A DNA stretch of 64,000 bases, taken from contig CAZOIA010000004.1 of assembly GCA_964579675.1 (NCBI GenBank), positions 3,551 through 67,550 on the forward strand, given 5' to 3'. Positions 1 through 8,914 of this stretch are shown in pieces (position 1 is the stretch's first letter; each line of letters opens with the position of its first letter). Under the pieces are notes generated by a model. It was given only the letters and a program-made list of their open reading frames with translations. It was not told where the DNA came from and searched no databases. Source of the stretch: an uncultured Planctomycetales bacterium. Its GTDB lineage: Bacteria > Planctomycetota > Phycisphaerae > UBA1845 > PWPN01. A program made the translations under genes and the position numbers.

Positions 1-156
1 TCGGAGCTGGACGAGCTGCTCGAGACCGGCACGCGCTCGCCGGAGACCGACGGGTACTCGGAAAGCAGTACCGTCCCCGAGCCGCCGACGCTCTTCCTGC
101 TGGTCCTGGGCATGGCGGGGCTTCGACTATGTCGGCGCCTGCCGGCCGCCGCTTGA
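1..156 (+). CDS. 3' end of a PEP-CTERM sorting-domain protein (5' partial)
   Basis: Frame 1 reads ...SSTVPEPPTLFLLVLGMAGLRLCRRLPAAA*: VPEP motif, hydrophobic helix, basic tail; TGA at 154-156. Confidence 0.85.
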   Translation, partial: SELDELLETGTRSPETDGYSESSTVPEPPTLFLLVLGMAGLRLCRRLPAAA

Positions 157-243
157 CCGCCCGAGCGGGCCCCCTTCTGCCATCTCCCGAGAGTCCGTTG
201 CACGCCCGGCGCCGCCCGGCCAGAATGCTTGCCGGAGGATAGT

Positions 244-1344
244 ATGGGCGTCTGCTGCCTGCTCATGGTTCTGTTTGCCGGGAGGGCTGATCTGCCGCTG
301 TCGTTGCTCGGGCGGCATTACCTCACCTGCCCCGTTTGCCGGGAAGATTTCACCACAGTCGTCTGCACGCAAAGCAACACCCGCGGCGGCGTAGACCGGG
401 ACCTGTTCGCCCGATCCCTGGGTCCGCAGCCGGAGTTCTACCGCGTATCGACTTGCCCCCGTTGCGGGTACAGCGGGTACGCCTGTGACTTCGGCCCCGA
501 CGTTCTTCTGCCCCCGGACGTCCGCCAGAAGATCCGGGCCAAACCAGGACTGCCGTTGCCGGAGGGCTTCACGCCCGAGAGCGACCCCCGGGAACTCGAC
601 GCCGCCGACCGCTACGCCCTGGCGATCACGTGCTATCGCTGGCGGCAGAAACCCGACGAGGCGCTGGCCTGGCTGCACCTCCGGGCGTCGTGGATCGAGC
701 GGGACAAGGGCTCGGTCCTCCCGCCGGAGGCGCGCCTGAAACGGGTGATGCAGTACGTCGAGCGATGGCGGCCCCCGAGGCGCCCGACCGATAACCAGGT
801 GGACGTGGAGATGCAGATGGCCACCCGGATCGCCGAGGCCCTCGCCACGGGCCGATTCAATCGCTACCAGCGGCCCTACGTCGAGCTGGCCCTGGCCCTG
901 ATCCTGCGCCGCCACGGCGAGAACCGCCACGCCTCACCGCTGCTCGAGGAGCTGGGAGAAAAGGGGACAGGTGCCTTTTTGTCGGTCGATCGACCGGCGC
1001 CCACGCTGAAGGATTCACAGGGCGATCAGGAGACGGAAAAAAAGGTCCCTGACCCCTTTTCGCCAGCGCTGCGGGAGGGGATCGAGCGGATGCGAGAATC
1101 GATCGTGCGGGAGCGTGAGCAGCAACGACAAGCGGCCCGCTGCTTCGAGCGGGCGCTGCTCACCGACCAGCCCACGCCTGGAAACCGGGGGCCGGCCTGT
1201 TATCTCCTGGCCGAGCTCTACCGTCGCCTGGGCCGGGACCACGAGGCGATTCGATGGTACGACAAGGCCCTGGCCGAATCCGCCCTGCCGCCCGACCTCC
1301 GCAAATGGGCCAAGCACCAACGGGCGTGGTCTGCGGCAAAGTAG
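244..1344 (+). CDS. DUF2225-like Zn-finger/TPR protein
   Basis: CPVC...CPRCGYSGYACDF zinc motifs, LAWLHLRASWIER, and a C-terminal TPR (YLLAELYRRLGRDHEAIRWYDKAL); GGAGGA SD before ATG 244 (ORF open from 229). Confidence 0.7.
   Translation: MGVCCLLMVLFAGRADLPLSLLGRHYLTCPVCREDFTTVVCTQSNTRGGVDRDLFARSLGPQPEFYRVSTCPRCGYSGYACDFGPDVLLPPDVRQKIRAKPGLPLPEGFTPESDPRELDAADRYALAITCYRWRQKPDEALAWLHLRASWIERDKGSVLPPEARLKRVMQYVERWRPPRRPTDNQVDVEMQMATRIAEALATGRFNRYQRPYVELALALILRRHGENRHASPLLEELGEKGTGAFLSVDRPAPTLKDSQGDQETEKKVPDPFSPALREGIERMRESIVREREQQRQAARCFERALLTDQPTPGNRGPACYLLAELYRRLGRDHEAIRWYDKALAESALPPDLRKWAKHQRAWSAAK
958..1061. repeat. REP doublet (REPIN-like) inserted in frame in the DUF2225-like gene
   Basis: Arms 959-980 AAAAGGGGACAGGTGCCTTTTT and 1039-1060 (reverse complement AAAAGGGGTCAGGGACCTTTTT) match at 19/22; each arm is itself palindromic. 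Confidence 0.7.
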
Positions 1345-1365
1345 ACGACATCACGGGTGCCCGGA

Positions 1366-1986
1366 TCACAGGGCCGCAAAGTTCCTGAGCATGGCCAGGC
1401 CGGCCTGCCGGCTCTTTTCGGGATGGAACTGGGTGGCGAATAGATTGTCCCGCCAGATCATGGCCGTGAAGTCATGCCCGTAGTTGCAGTGGCCGCAGGT
1501 GACCTCCGGGCCGATCGGGTCCACGTAGTAGGAGTGCACGAAGTAGAAGTGCTGTCCGCATTCGAGGCCCTCGAGCAGCGGACACGGGGCGGTCCAGGTC
1601 AACTGGTTCCAGCCCATGTGCGGCACCTTGAGGCCGGTCGCGGCGGGGTCTTCCGAGAAATCGAAGCGGACGACCCGGCCCGGGAGGAGGCCCAGGCCCT
1701 GATACTCGCCGTCCTCGTAGCTCACGTCGAACAGGAGCTGCAATCCCAGGCAAATCCCGAGGAAAGGCCGGCCCGATTCGCCCGCCTGAACCAGCGGCTC
1801 GATCAGGCCCTGCTCGCCAAGGTGGGTCATCGCGTCCCGGAACGCACCCACCCCCGGCAGCACGACCTTGCTCGCCCGCTGGAGCTGATCGGGGCTGCTC
1901 ACAATCTCGGCCGATGCCCCGACGCGCTCGAACCCCTTCTGCACGCTCCGCAGATTCCCCATACCGTAGTCAACAATCGCGATCAC
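1366..1986 (-). CDS. hisH: imidazole glycerol phosphate synthase glutaminase subunit
   Basis: IAIVDYGMGNLRSV, PGVGAF, LGICLGLQ (catalytic Cys), VPHMGWNQ, FYFVHSY, QFHPEKS. Confidence 0.95.
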   Translation of the reverse strand: MIAIVDYGMGNLRSVQKGFERVGASAEIVSSPDQLQRASKVVLPGVGAFRDAMTHLGEQGLIEPLVQAGESGRPFLGICLGLQLLFDVSYEDGEYQGLGLLPGRVVRFDFSEDPAATGLKVPHMGWNQLTWTAPCPLLEGLECGQHFYFVHSYYVDPIGPEVTCGHCNYGHDFTAMIWRDNLFATQFHPEKSRQAGLAMLRNFAAL

Positions 1987-2059
1987 GATAATCAGCCTTC
2001 AGTTATCAACTCTCGGCGCTCAGCCGCCCGAGATCCCGCGCCGCGAAATCCGCATCCCA

Positions 2060-3277
2060 TCATGTTGGAGTGGAAGGGACCTTGCCCTTGTTCAGCGCCC
2101 GATGAAGCTGGCGCATGGCCTGGCGCAGACGTTGCTCGTTCTCGACCAGTGCGATGCGGATGTACCCCTCCCCGTTCTCTCCGAACGCCCGGCCCGGTGC
2201 GAGGGCGACTTCCGCCTCGTCCAGCATGCGCATGGCCAAGTCGATCGTGGACTGCCCGGCCAGATGCTCATCGGGCACCCGTGCCCAGACGAACATGCTG
2301 CCGCGGTTCCGCTCGGCCGTCCAGCCCATCCGGCGGCAGCCCTCGAGCACCAGGTCCCGCCGCCCCTGGTAGACCCGCGCCTGCTCCTCGACGTCCTCGT
2401 GGCAATGGCGCAGGGCGATGATTGAAGCGATCTGCACCGGCTGGAAGATCCCGTAGTCGTAATACCCCTTGATGGTAGCGAGGGCGTCGATCATCGTGCG
2501 GTTGCCGGCGCAGAAGCCGATCCGCCAGCCCGCCATGTTATAGGGCTTGCTCATCGTGGTGAACTCGACGCCCACGTCCTTGGCCCCCTCGGCCGCCAGG
2601 AAGCTCGGAGCCTTGTAACCGTCGAACGTCGTCTCACCGTACGCAAAATCGTGCATGACTACCACGCCGTGTTCTTTCGCCAGGGCAACCACGTGCTCGA
2701 AGAAAGGCGGATCGACCGTCATTGCGGTCGGGTTGTGCGGGTAGTTGAGGATCAGGATCTTGGGCCGCGGATAAAGGTGCTCCACCACGTTCCGGACGCG
2801 CCCCAGGAACGCGTCGTCGTTGCCCAGCGGCACGGAGATCACGTTTGCACCGGCCAGGGCAACGCCGTAAACGTGAATCGGAAACGCCGGATCACCCACG
2901 ACCGCCGTATCCCCAGGGCCCAGCATCGCCAGGAGCATGTGACTGATGCCCTCCTTGCTGCCGATGGTGGCGATGACTTCGTGCTCGGGGTCGAGTTCGA
3001 CGCCTCGCTTGTCGCGGTAGTGCCTTGCCACGTCTCGTCGAAGGTTGAACAGGCCCCGGGTGGTCAGGCTGTACCGCTGGTTGCGCGGGTCCCGGACCGC
3101 CTCGCAGAGCTTGTCCACGATCGGCAGGGGTGTGGGGTCGGACGGGTTGCCCATACCCAAATCAATGATATCGATGCCCTGCTGCCGCTTGCGGTGCCTC
3201 AGGGCGTTGATCCGGCCAAAGAGGTACGGCGGGAGCCGGGAGATCCGCTGGGCAGGCTGGATTGTGAATTCGGACAT
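2060..3277 (-). CDS. class I/II PLP-dependent aminotransferase (AlaC/YfdZ- or LL-DAP aminotransferase-like)
   Basis: RISRLPPYLF, DLGMGNPSDPTP, LNYPHNPT, HDFAY, SKPYNMAGWRIGF (PLP lysine), PGRAFGENGEGYIRIALV. Confidence 0.88.
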   Translation of the reverse strand: MSEFTIQPAQRISRLPPYLFGRINALRHRKRQQGIDIIDLGMGNPSDPTPLPIVDKLCEAVRDPRNQRYSLTTRGLFNLRRDVARHYRDKRGVELDPEHEVIATIGSKEGISHMLLAMLGPGDTAVVGDPAFPIHVYGVALAGANVISVPLGNDDAFLGRVRNVVEHLYPRPKILILNYPHNPTAMTVDPPFFEHVVALAKEHGVVVMHDFAYGETTFDGYKAPSFLAAEGAKDVGVEFTTMSKPYNMAGWRIGFCAGNRTMIDALATIKGYYDYGIFQPVQIASIIALRHCHEDVEEQARVYQGRRDLVLEGCRRMGWTAERNRGSMFVWARVPDEHLAGQSTIDLAMRMLDEAEVALAPGRAFGENGEGYIRIALVENEQRLRQAMRQLHRALNKGKVPSTPT

Positions 3278-3283
3278 GCGATG

Positions 3284-3289
3284 ATTATA
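3284..3289 (-). promoter_or_regulatory. -10 box (TATAAT) 6 nt before the aminotransferase ATG; likely leaderless
   Basis: Minus strand reads TATAAT-CATCGC-ATG with no SD. Confidence 0.55.
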
Positions 3290-3320
3290 GCGCGCCGGGC
3301 GTCCGCCCGGAACTCCACGC

Positions 3321-4844
3321 TCACTCGCCCGGACCGCGGGACTCGCCCGGTATCGCGATGCCGAGCCGTTTCAGCAGTTGAGCCGCCACCGGGTTCTGCG
3401 GTTCGAGCTTCAGCAGCCGCCGGCAGGTATCGGCCGCGTCGTCGCGCTGGTACACGTTGAACTGAAGCCGAGCGAGGACCTCGAGGAATCGGGCGTTCTT
3501 TTCCCCCTGTTCGTCCGCTTTGAGCAGGACCTCCAAGGCGGCATGGAGCCTCAGCGTCTGGGCAACGTCCGCCTCCTTCTGGATCGCTGCCGCCAGTTCC
3601 ATCCGCAGGTCCAGCTCAGCCTTGGCCAACTCGATCCGCCGCTCCACGTCGTCAGGGCTCAAAGCCGACCTCGCCGTCCGCACTTCCGCCAGTTTCACCC
3701 CCAGCACCTCCGCATAGGTCGCGTAGTATCGACCGAGCGATGCCAGCAACTCCGAGTCATGACGGTTTTCGCTTAGGGCGTTGAACGCCAGGTCAACTGC
3801 CTGTCGGGCTTGAACCCCGGCTTTCTCGAGGTTCCGCCGGGCGTCCTCCGGGTTGCCCGGGACCCGGGTTTCCGGCCTGCTCTGGGCGAGCAGGATGACG
3901 GCATGGATGTTGTGGTAGGCCGGATTGCGAGGGGCCTTGTTCGTGGCGGACTCCACCAGCTTGAGTGCCTTTTCATGGTAACCGCTGTCCTGGTAGGTGC
4001 CGGCCAGCTCGACCAGGATTTCCGGGTCTTCCGGGTTCAATTCCTTCGCTTTCTCCAGTGTGCTGACCGCCTGATTGAGGTAGCGCAGCCCACGGTAGAT
4101 TCGCCCCAGTTCCAAGCGGGCCCGCGAGTCCTGCCGGCCGGCGACGGTCTTGAGATAGCTCTCGTAGCGCTCGCGGGCCTGCAGTTGCCGGTCCGAAGCA
4201 CCCAGGACGCGGGCCAGACCCACCTGGGCTTCGGGACTGACCGGATCATGGAGCAGTACCGCTTTGTACATCTGTTCCGCAGCTTGCAGGTCTCCGGCGT
4301 CCATGGCCAGCGGGGCGGCCTCAAGGTATTGCCGGATCGCGAGGCCCAGAAAGGACTTCGCCTCGTCCTCGGCGAGATTCGCCGAGGCCGCGTTTGCCAG
4401 CAGCTCATACACATACCCCAGCAATCGAAGGGCCCTGATGTTCTGCCGATCCCGCCTGACCACGACCTCCAGGAGCCTCCGGGCGTCGAAGAGCCTTTGG
4501 GCGCGCGTCGCTTCCAGGGCGGTGTCGATCAACTCGCCGTTGCTCATGCCGGGTTTGACGCCTGCCACGCCGGCCAACTCAGGCGGCACCGTCGAGGCCG
4601 GCGCGTTGGCTGCCGGCAGCCCCGTCGCAGAGTCCTGGGCCTCGGCAAGCCCCGCCGAACCTGCAACCGCCACCATCACCCCGACCGCCCACACCCGATA
4701 CGACGCGAGACGATTCACCAATTGTCTCCGCGGTTCGGGCCTGCCAGACACGCGCGTATCCGCGCCGGCGGACCAGTGCTGCCCCCGCCTGATTTCCAGA
4801 CCCCGTTCACGAGATGCTGTACCCAGTTCTGCGGGTGTGTTCAT
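3321..4844 (-). CDS. exported tetratricopeptide repeat protein
   Basis: Hydrophobic signal-like segment VWAVGVMVAVAGSAGLAEA, then multiple TPRs (ARLELGRIYRGLRYLNQAVSTLEKAKELNPEDPEILVELA); SD AGGAGAGG before ATG 4844. Confidence 0.8.
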   Translation of the reverse strand: MNTPAELGTASRERGLEIRRGQHWSAGADTRVSGRPEPRRQLVNRLASYRVWAVGVMVAVAGSAGLAEAQDSATGLPAANAPASTVPPELAGVAGVKPGMSNGELIDTALEATRAQRLFDARRLLEVVVRRDRQNIRALRLLGYVYELLANAASANLAEDEAKSFLGLAIRQYLEAAPLAMDAGDLQAAEQMYKAVLLHDPVSPEAQVGLARVLGASDRQLQARERYESYLKTVAGRQDSRARLELGRIYRGLRYLNQAVSTLEKAKELNPEDPEILVELAGTYQDSGYHEKALKLVESATNKAPRNPAYHNIHAVILLAQSRPETRVPGNPEDARRNLEKAGVQARQAVDLAFNALSENRHDSELLASLGRYYATYAEVLGVKLAEVRTARSALSPDDVERRIELAKAELDLRMELAAAIQKEADVAQTLRLHAALEVLLKADEQGEKNARFLEVLARLQFNVYQRDDAADTCRRLLKLEPQNPVAAQLLKRLGIAIPGESRGPGE

Positions 4845-5033
4845 CGAGCCTCTCCTGATTTGACGTCGAGCAACCCCCCGGAAGTGCTCCCCTACCCTCC
4901 CGCAGTCGTTCAATCGCTCACAACCGGCTCTGGTCCTACGAACGGACGGGGAGTCTGTTCGCGATTCTCACCGGCTCCCGGACATGAACTATAGAGAGGG
5001 TCCCAATACCGGTCAAGCTGGTCCCCGGAACGC

Positions 5034-5495
5034 TTACCCCTGGACGCTCAGCGGTCCGTAAGTAACGTCTGCCGGCGCGCCGCCCTGCCATTCTCCCGAG
5101 GACGCGCCCTGGGTCGCTTGTTCCTCCCGGAGTTTATCGATCAGCATGACCCAGGTTTCCCGCTGGTACTCGAGTATCTCGAGCGCCTGGTTGGCAACGG
5201 CAACGTCGCGATTCGTGCTGGCCTCGACCAGTTTCCGGTAGATGAAGTTGTACAGTCCGGCCATCCGGGTGCACAGGTCCTTGTCGACCTCGTAGTTCAG
5301 GGAATTGAGCAGCTCGATGATGATCTTCTGGGCCCGGCTGAAACCGTTGAACGCCTCTTCCCAATTCCTGCTGTTGATGCCCTCCACGCCCCGGCGCGCG
5401 AACCGGATCGCGCCGTCGTAGAGCATCAGTTGCAACTGCTCCGGCGGTGCAGTCAGGATGGCGTTGCGAAGGTACTCGTCTGGCACTTGACCCAT
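5034..5495 (-). CDS. fliS: flagellin export chaperone FliS
   Basis: YLRNAILTAPPEQLQLMLYDGAIRF, RAQKIIIELLNSL, LYNFIYRKL, RETW; follows fliD. Confidence 0.93.
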   Translation of the reverse strand: MGQVPDEYLRNAILTAPPEQLQLMLYDGAIRFARRGVEGINSRNWEEAFNGFSRAQKIIIELLNSLNYEVDKDLCTRMAGLYNFIYRKLVEASTNRDVAVANQALEILEYQRETWVMLIDKLREEQATQGASSGEWQGGAPADVTYGPLSVQG

Positions 5496-5506
5496 AGCCG
5501 GTGTTG

Positions 5507-5534
5507 TTATCGGCTACCCGCCGGGCGCGGTTAA
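5507..5534 (-). promoter_or_regulatory. sigma28 (FliA)-type promoter of fliS
   Basis: Minus strand TTAA-N16-GCCGATAA with a perfect sigma28 -10, ending 11 nt before the ATG. Confidence 0.7.
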
Positions 5535-5597
5535 CCTGTTTCTCCAGGGCCCTGAGGTGCGGTCAGGCGGCCCGACCGGCCGCCAACCGATCGTGAG

Positions 5598-8500
5598 TTA
5601 CGATCCTCCGCCGGCAAACGTCTCCACCAGGCTGGAGAGAGAAGACAAGGCCCCTTGCTGGGCCTGGAGGCTCGCCAGGGCCCGCTCCATGGCCTGGAAC
5701 TGGGCGTAAAGCCTCTGCTCCTTCAGGTCCAATAACTCCTGGATATCGGCCGCCCGATCATTGAACCGATCGACCCGTTCCTGGAGCATGTTGCCCTGCA
5801 GGGCGAAGGTGCCATACACGCTGTTGGTTATCCGGTCCAGTGTCTCGTCGAGACGGGCCGCCACACCTACCTTGCTCACGTTGCCGTCATCGTCCTCAAC
5901 GAGCAGTGTGAACAGGTCCTTGACCGCCTCCGGATCGGAGGTAAAGGTATCCCTGAACTTCTCTTCATCGAACTGGAGCCGGGCCCCCGATCCGAATGAC
6001 AGACCGACATCGTACGCGCTGGTGTACGTCAGATCGGGGGCGTTCACCCGAGCCGTCACCCCGGTGTAAAGCCGCTGCTGAACCCGCATTACAGTGCTGT
6101 CGCCGAGAAGCACGCCTCGCTCCTCAGTCTCCGGAATGTAACAGGTCAGCTCATCCATCCGGTCGAGGGTATCATTGTACGTGGTGACGAACGTTTTGAT
6201 GTCGGACACCACGCTTTCTATGTCACGGGACACGTTCACCTGAACCGGGTCATCGCTCGTCCCGACGAGATTGAGCGTCAATCCCTCCACCACGTCCGTC
6301 ACGGTGTTGCTGCTGGAAGTGACGACAATCGCGTTGGCGGAGTTGGGATCGCCGAGGACCAGCGTGGCATCGCTGGCCTCGGTGAGCGTGTTCAGCTTCA
6401 GCCCGGTTGACTGGGTGCTGAAGGCGATCGTACCGGCGACGCCGGTCGTAGCGGACGTGAGCACCAAGCGGTACGGGGCCAGAGCGGTGCCGTCGTTAAT
6501 CACCCCGGCCGTCACCCCGACGCCGGCAGAGTTGATCTTCTCGACTAAGTCGTCAAGGGTATCGTCGGCGTCGATGTCAACCGTCGTGGCGAAGCTCCCG
6601 TCTAGCACTGTACCCTCGGCGGTGCCGAGAATGCCCAGGTCCGCGGCCGCTGATCCGCTCCCTGCCTCGGCAACGGTCAACGTCCCGGTGCCCCCGGCGG
6701 TGTCCTCCAGCTTGATCCCGTCCCCGTCGTCATTGATGCTGGCGGTCACGCCGATGCTGAGATTGTTGATCGCGTCGATGACATCCCCAACGCTCTTGTG
6801 GAGTGTCTCGCGCAGCGTCAGAGTCGCCGACTGCCCCGCGCTGTCGGTAATGCGGATCTCCTCGAAATCAATCCCGCTGCCCTGGTTGAGATCAGCCAGG
6901 AGCGTGTTCTCGGAAATGCCCTGAAGCTGAAGATCGCTGCTGGCCAGTCGCCCGGGCGAGGCGGAGGTGAGATGAAGGTCAGCCGCCGTCGCGCCGCTCA
7001 CGTCGGTGACTGCCAACGTCCCGGTGCCTCCGGTGGTATCCATGATGACGATGCCGGTTCCGCCCGCGTCAATCTCGGCCGAGAGGTTGTCCTCCGCGCT
7101 GATGAGATCGATGACGTCCTGAAGGGTCTGAGCCCCGGAAAAGTCCAACTGAATCGTGCTGTTGTCGCAGCACGTGAATTCCACGGTTCCCGTGGCGACA
7201 CCACTGCCGCCGTTGAGCGAGGTCAGCAAGACGGTGTTCAATCCGGCAATCAGATCCCGTGATTCGAGCTGATCGCCCTGGAATCCGCCCAGCAGCCCGA
7301 GATCGCGGGCGGCCAGCGACTCGTTAAGAGCCTCCACCGTGCTCTGATTGCCCCCGCTGGTGGTGTCGGTCAGAACGATCCCCTTGCCGTCGGCGGAGAT
7401 CTCCGCGGTCAGGTAGCTCTCATTGCCGTCGGCATACTCGATGGCCCGCAGCACCGCCCCGATCGTGTCAACCCGGTAGATCTCGGTGCCCGTAATGGCG
7501 TCCTCCTCGGTATCGGCGACAATCCCGAGATCCGCGGCGGCATACCCCGCGATGTCTTCAATCTTGAGATTCGACGCAGTTCCCCCGGACGTGTCGGTCA
7601 CGATAACCTTTCCCCCCGCCAGCGCGACCGCCACCGACAGGGACTTCGCGGCGATGGCGTCAACGACGTCCTGCATCGTTTCCGCACCGGTCAAGACGAT
7701 CTCCTCTGAATCGCCGTTACGATTGGTGATGCGGATTCTGCGTTCACCGTTGCCGTCGCCACGGACACCGCGTCCTTCGTTCAGTTCCGCCAGCTTCGTA
7801 GAGAACTGGAGATTGCCCGACAGACTGACGTCGAAGCTATCGCCGCTCTTCAGGCCGAACCGCAGATCCGCGGCCAAGCCGTCCACCCGCACGCCAGTCC
7901 CGTCGTTCAGCCTGGACAGCCCCGTGGTCTCGGTGAGGTACATGAGCTGATGCCCGGTGACCTCGCCGGCGGCATGAATGCCGGCAATACCGAGATCCTG
8001 AGCCGCCAAGCCATTTCCAACGTCACTGATGACCAGGTTCCCCGTCGTCTGGCCGGTGTTATCGGTGATCACGATCCGGTCGCCCTGCACCCGGGCTCGC
8101 ACATTGATTCCGGCTTGGGCGTTGATGGCGTCGAGCACGCCGGCTACGTCGGTGGCCGCCCGCAGGTCCACGTTCGCCGAGGCCCCGCTGCGGTCCGTGA
8201 TGCGAATGATCCCGCGCCGCAACCCCGCTCCGCCGTTCAGCGCCGCCAGCTCGGTGGCGCGGTTGACGCGACCCTGGCCGATCTCGAACGTCAGCGTGCC
8301 GGCGCCGATCCGAGTCGAATCGCGATCCGCCAAACCCGCAGACACGAGTTGGTGCGTGGTCGCGAGGGATTTGACAACGAAGGAGTAGTTGTTGATCGAC
8401 GCGTTGGAGGCCGCCGTGGCCGACAGGACTTGCTCATTCGAACTGACGGCAGTCCTGCTCCTGAACGCCGACGATTGGGAAAGCCGCTGGATGGCCGACT

Positions 8501-8675
8501 TGGCGCCGAGAAGGCGCGCGTTCAATTCCAGGTACGCGGTTCGCTGCGTTTGCGCGTCGGCAACCCGCTGTTCAAGCTGCCGAAGTGGACGCGCCTCGAT
8601 CTCAATCAACTGGCTGACCAGGTCCTGGATATTGAGTCCAGAGATCAGGCCCACCCCCGAGGAAATCGTTCCCAT
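5598..8675 (-). CDS. fliD: flagellar filament cap protein FliD, greatly extended (1025 aa)
   Basis: N-terminal GTISSGVGLISGLNIQDLVSQLIEIEARP; C-terminal FVTTYN...GVLLGDS...LYAQFQAMERALASLQAQ; central repeats; SD GAGAGGAG before ATG 8675. Confidence 0.92.
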   Translation of the reverse strand: MGTISSGVGLISGLNIQDLVSQLIEIEARPLRQLEQRVADAQTQRTAYLELNARLLGAKSAIQRLSQSSAFRSRTAVSSNEQVLSATAASNASINNYSFVVKSLATTHQLVSAGLADRDSTRIGAGTLTFEIGQGRVNRATELAALNGGAGLRRGIIRITDRSGASANVDLRAATDVAGVLDAINAQAGINVRARVQGDRIVITDNTGQTTGNLVISDVGNGLAAQDLGIAGIHAAGEVTGHQLMYLTETTGLSRLNDGTGVRVDGLAADLRFGLKSGDSFDVSLSGNLQFSTKLAELNEGRGVRGDGNGERRIRITNRNGDSEEIVLTGAETMQDVVDAIAAKSLSVAVALAGGKVIVTDTSGGTASNLKIEDIAGYAAADLGIVADTEEDAITGTEIYRVDTIGAVLRAIEYADGNESYLTAEISADGKGIVLTDTTSGGNQSTVEALNESLAARDLGLLGGFQGDQLESRDLIAGLNTVLLTSLNGGSGVATGTVEFTCCDNSTIQLDFSGAQTLQDVIDLISAEDNLSAEIDAGGTGIVIMDTTGGTGTLAVTDVSGATAADLHLTSASPGRLASSDLQLQGISENTLLADLNQGSGIDFEEIRITDSAGQSATLTLRETLHKSVGDVIDAINNLSIGVTASINDDGDGIKLEDTAGGTGTLTVAEAGSGSAAADLGILGTAEGTVLDGSFATTVDIDADDTLDDLVEKINSAGVGVTAGVINDGTALAPYRLVLTSATTGVAGTIAFSTQSTGLKLNTLTEASDATLVLGDPNSANAIVVTSSSNTVTDVVEGLTLNLVGTSDDPVQVNVSRDIESVVSDIKTFVTTYNDTLDRMDELTCYIPETEERGVLLGDSTVMRVQQRLYTGVTARVNAPDLTYTSAYDVGLSFGSGARLQFDEEKFRDTFTSDPEAVKDLFTLLVEDDDGNVSKVGVAARLDETLDRITNSVYGTFALQGNMLQERVDRFNDRAADIQELLDLKEQRLYAQFQAMERALASLQAQQGALSSLSSLVETFAGGGS

Positions 8676-8721
8676 TGTTGCTCCTCTCTCGCAGGCGCGC
8701 AGATACACCTTTCTCCATAGA

Positions 8722-8750
8722 TCATCGGACCTGATGCGAGGCGAACTTCA
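8722..8750 (-). promoter_or_regulatory. possible sigma28-type promoter of fliD
   Basis: Minus strand TGAA-N17-TCCGATGA, a degenerate match. Confidence 0.35.
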
Positions 8751-8846
8751 CCGGAATGAGGCCCGAGCGCGGAATGCGTCCGCCCGGGGCGCTGCTGCGC
8801 TGGTAAGGCGCGGATTATAGGACGTGCGGCGGCACCCCAACAGAGA

Positions 8847-8876
8847 GCCGGTCCCACCTGCCGGGATGGGACCGGC
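8847..8876 (-). terminator. 10-bp GC-rich hairpin after flagellin 1; terminator or stabiliser
   Basis: GCCGGTCCCA/TGGGACCGGC stem; only a weak pyrimidine tail (TCTCTGTT) follows. Confidence 0.35.
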
Positions 8877-8914
8877 CTTGAAGAAACCCCATCAACCCAC
8901 GTAGCCGGACGCCG

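Noticed and set aside
127-930. Long antisense ORFs (e.g. 127-930, 3810-4994, 8939-10411, 23665-25197, 49470-50822)
   Set aside because: Shadow ORFs opposite well-supported genes in high-GC DNA, with no recognisable domains
1366-1986. hisH as a flagellin-glycosylation amidotransferase partner (WbuY/Pse-type paralogue)
   Set aside because: The sequence is a typical housekeeping HisH, with no hisF paralogue or N-acetyl sugar amidotransferase nearby
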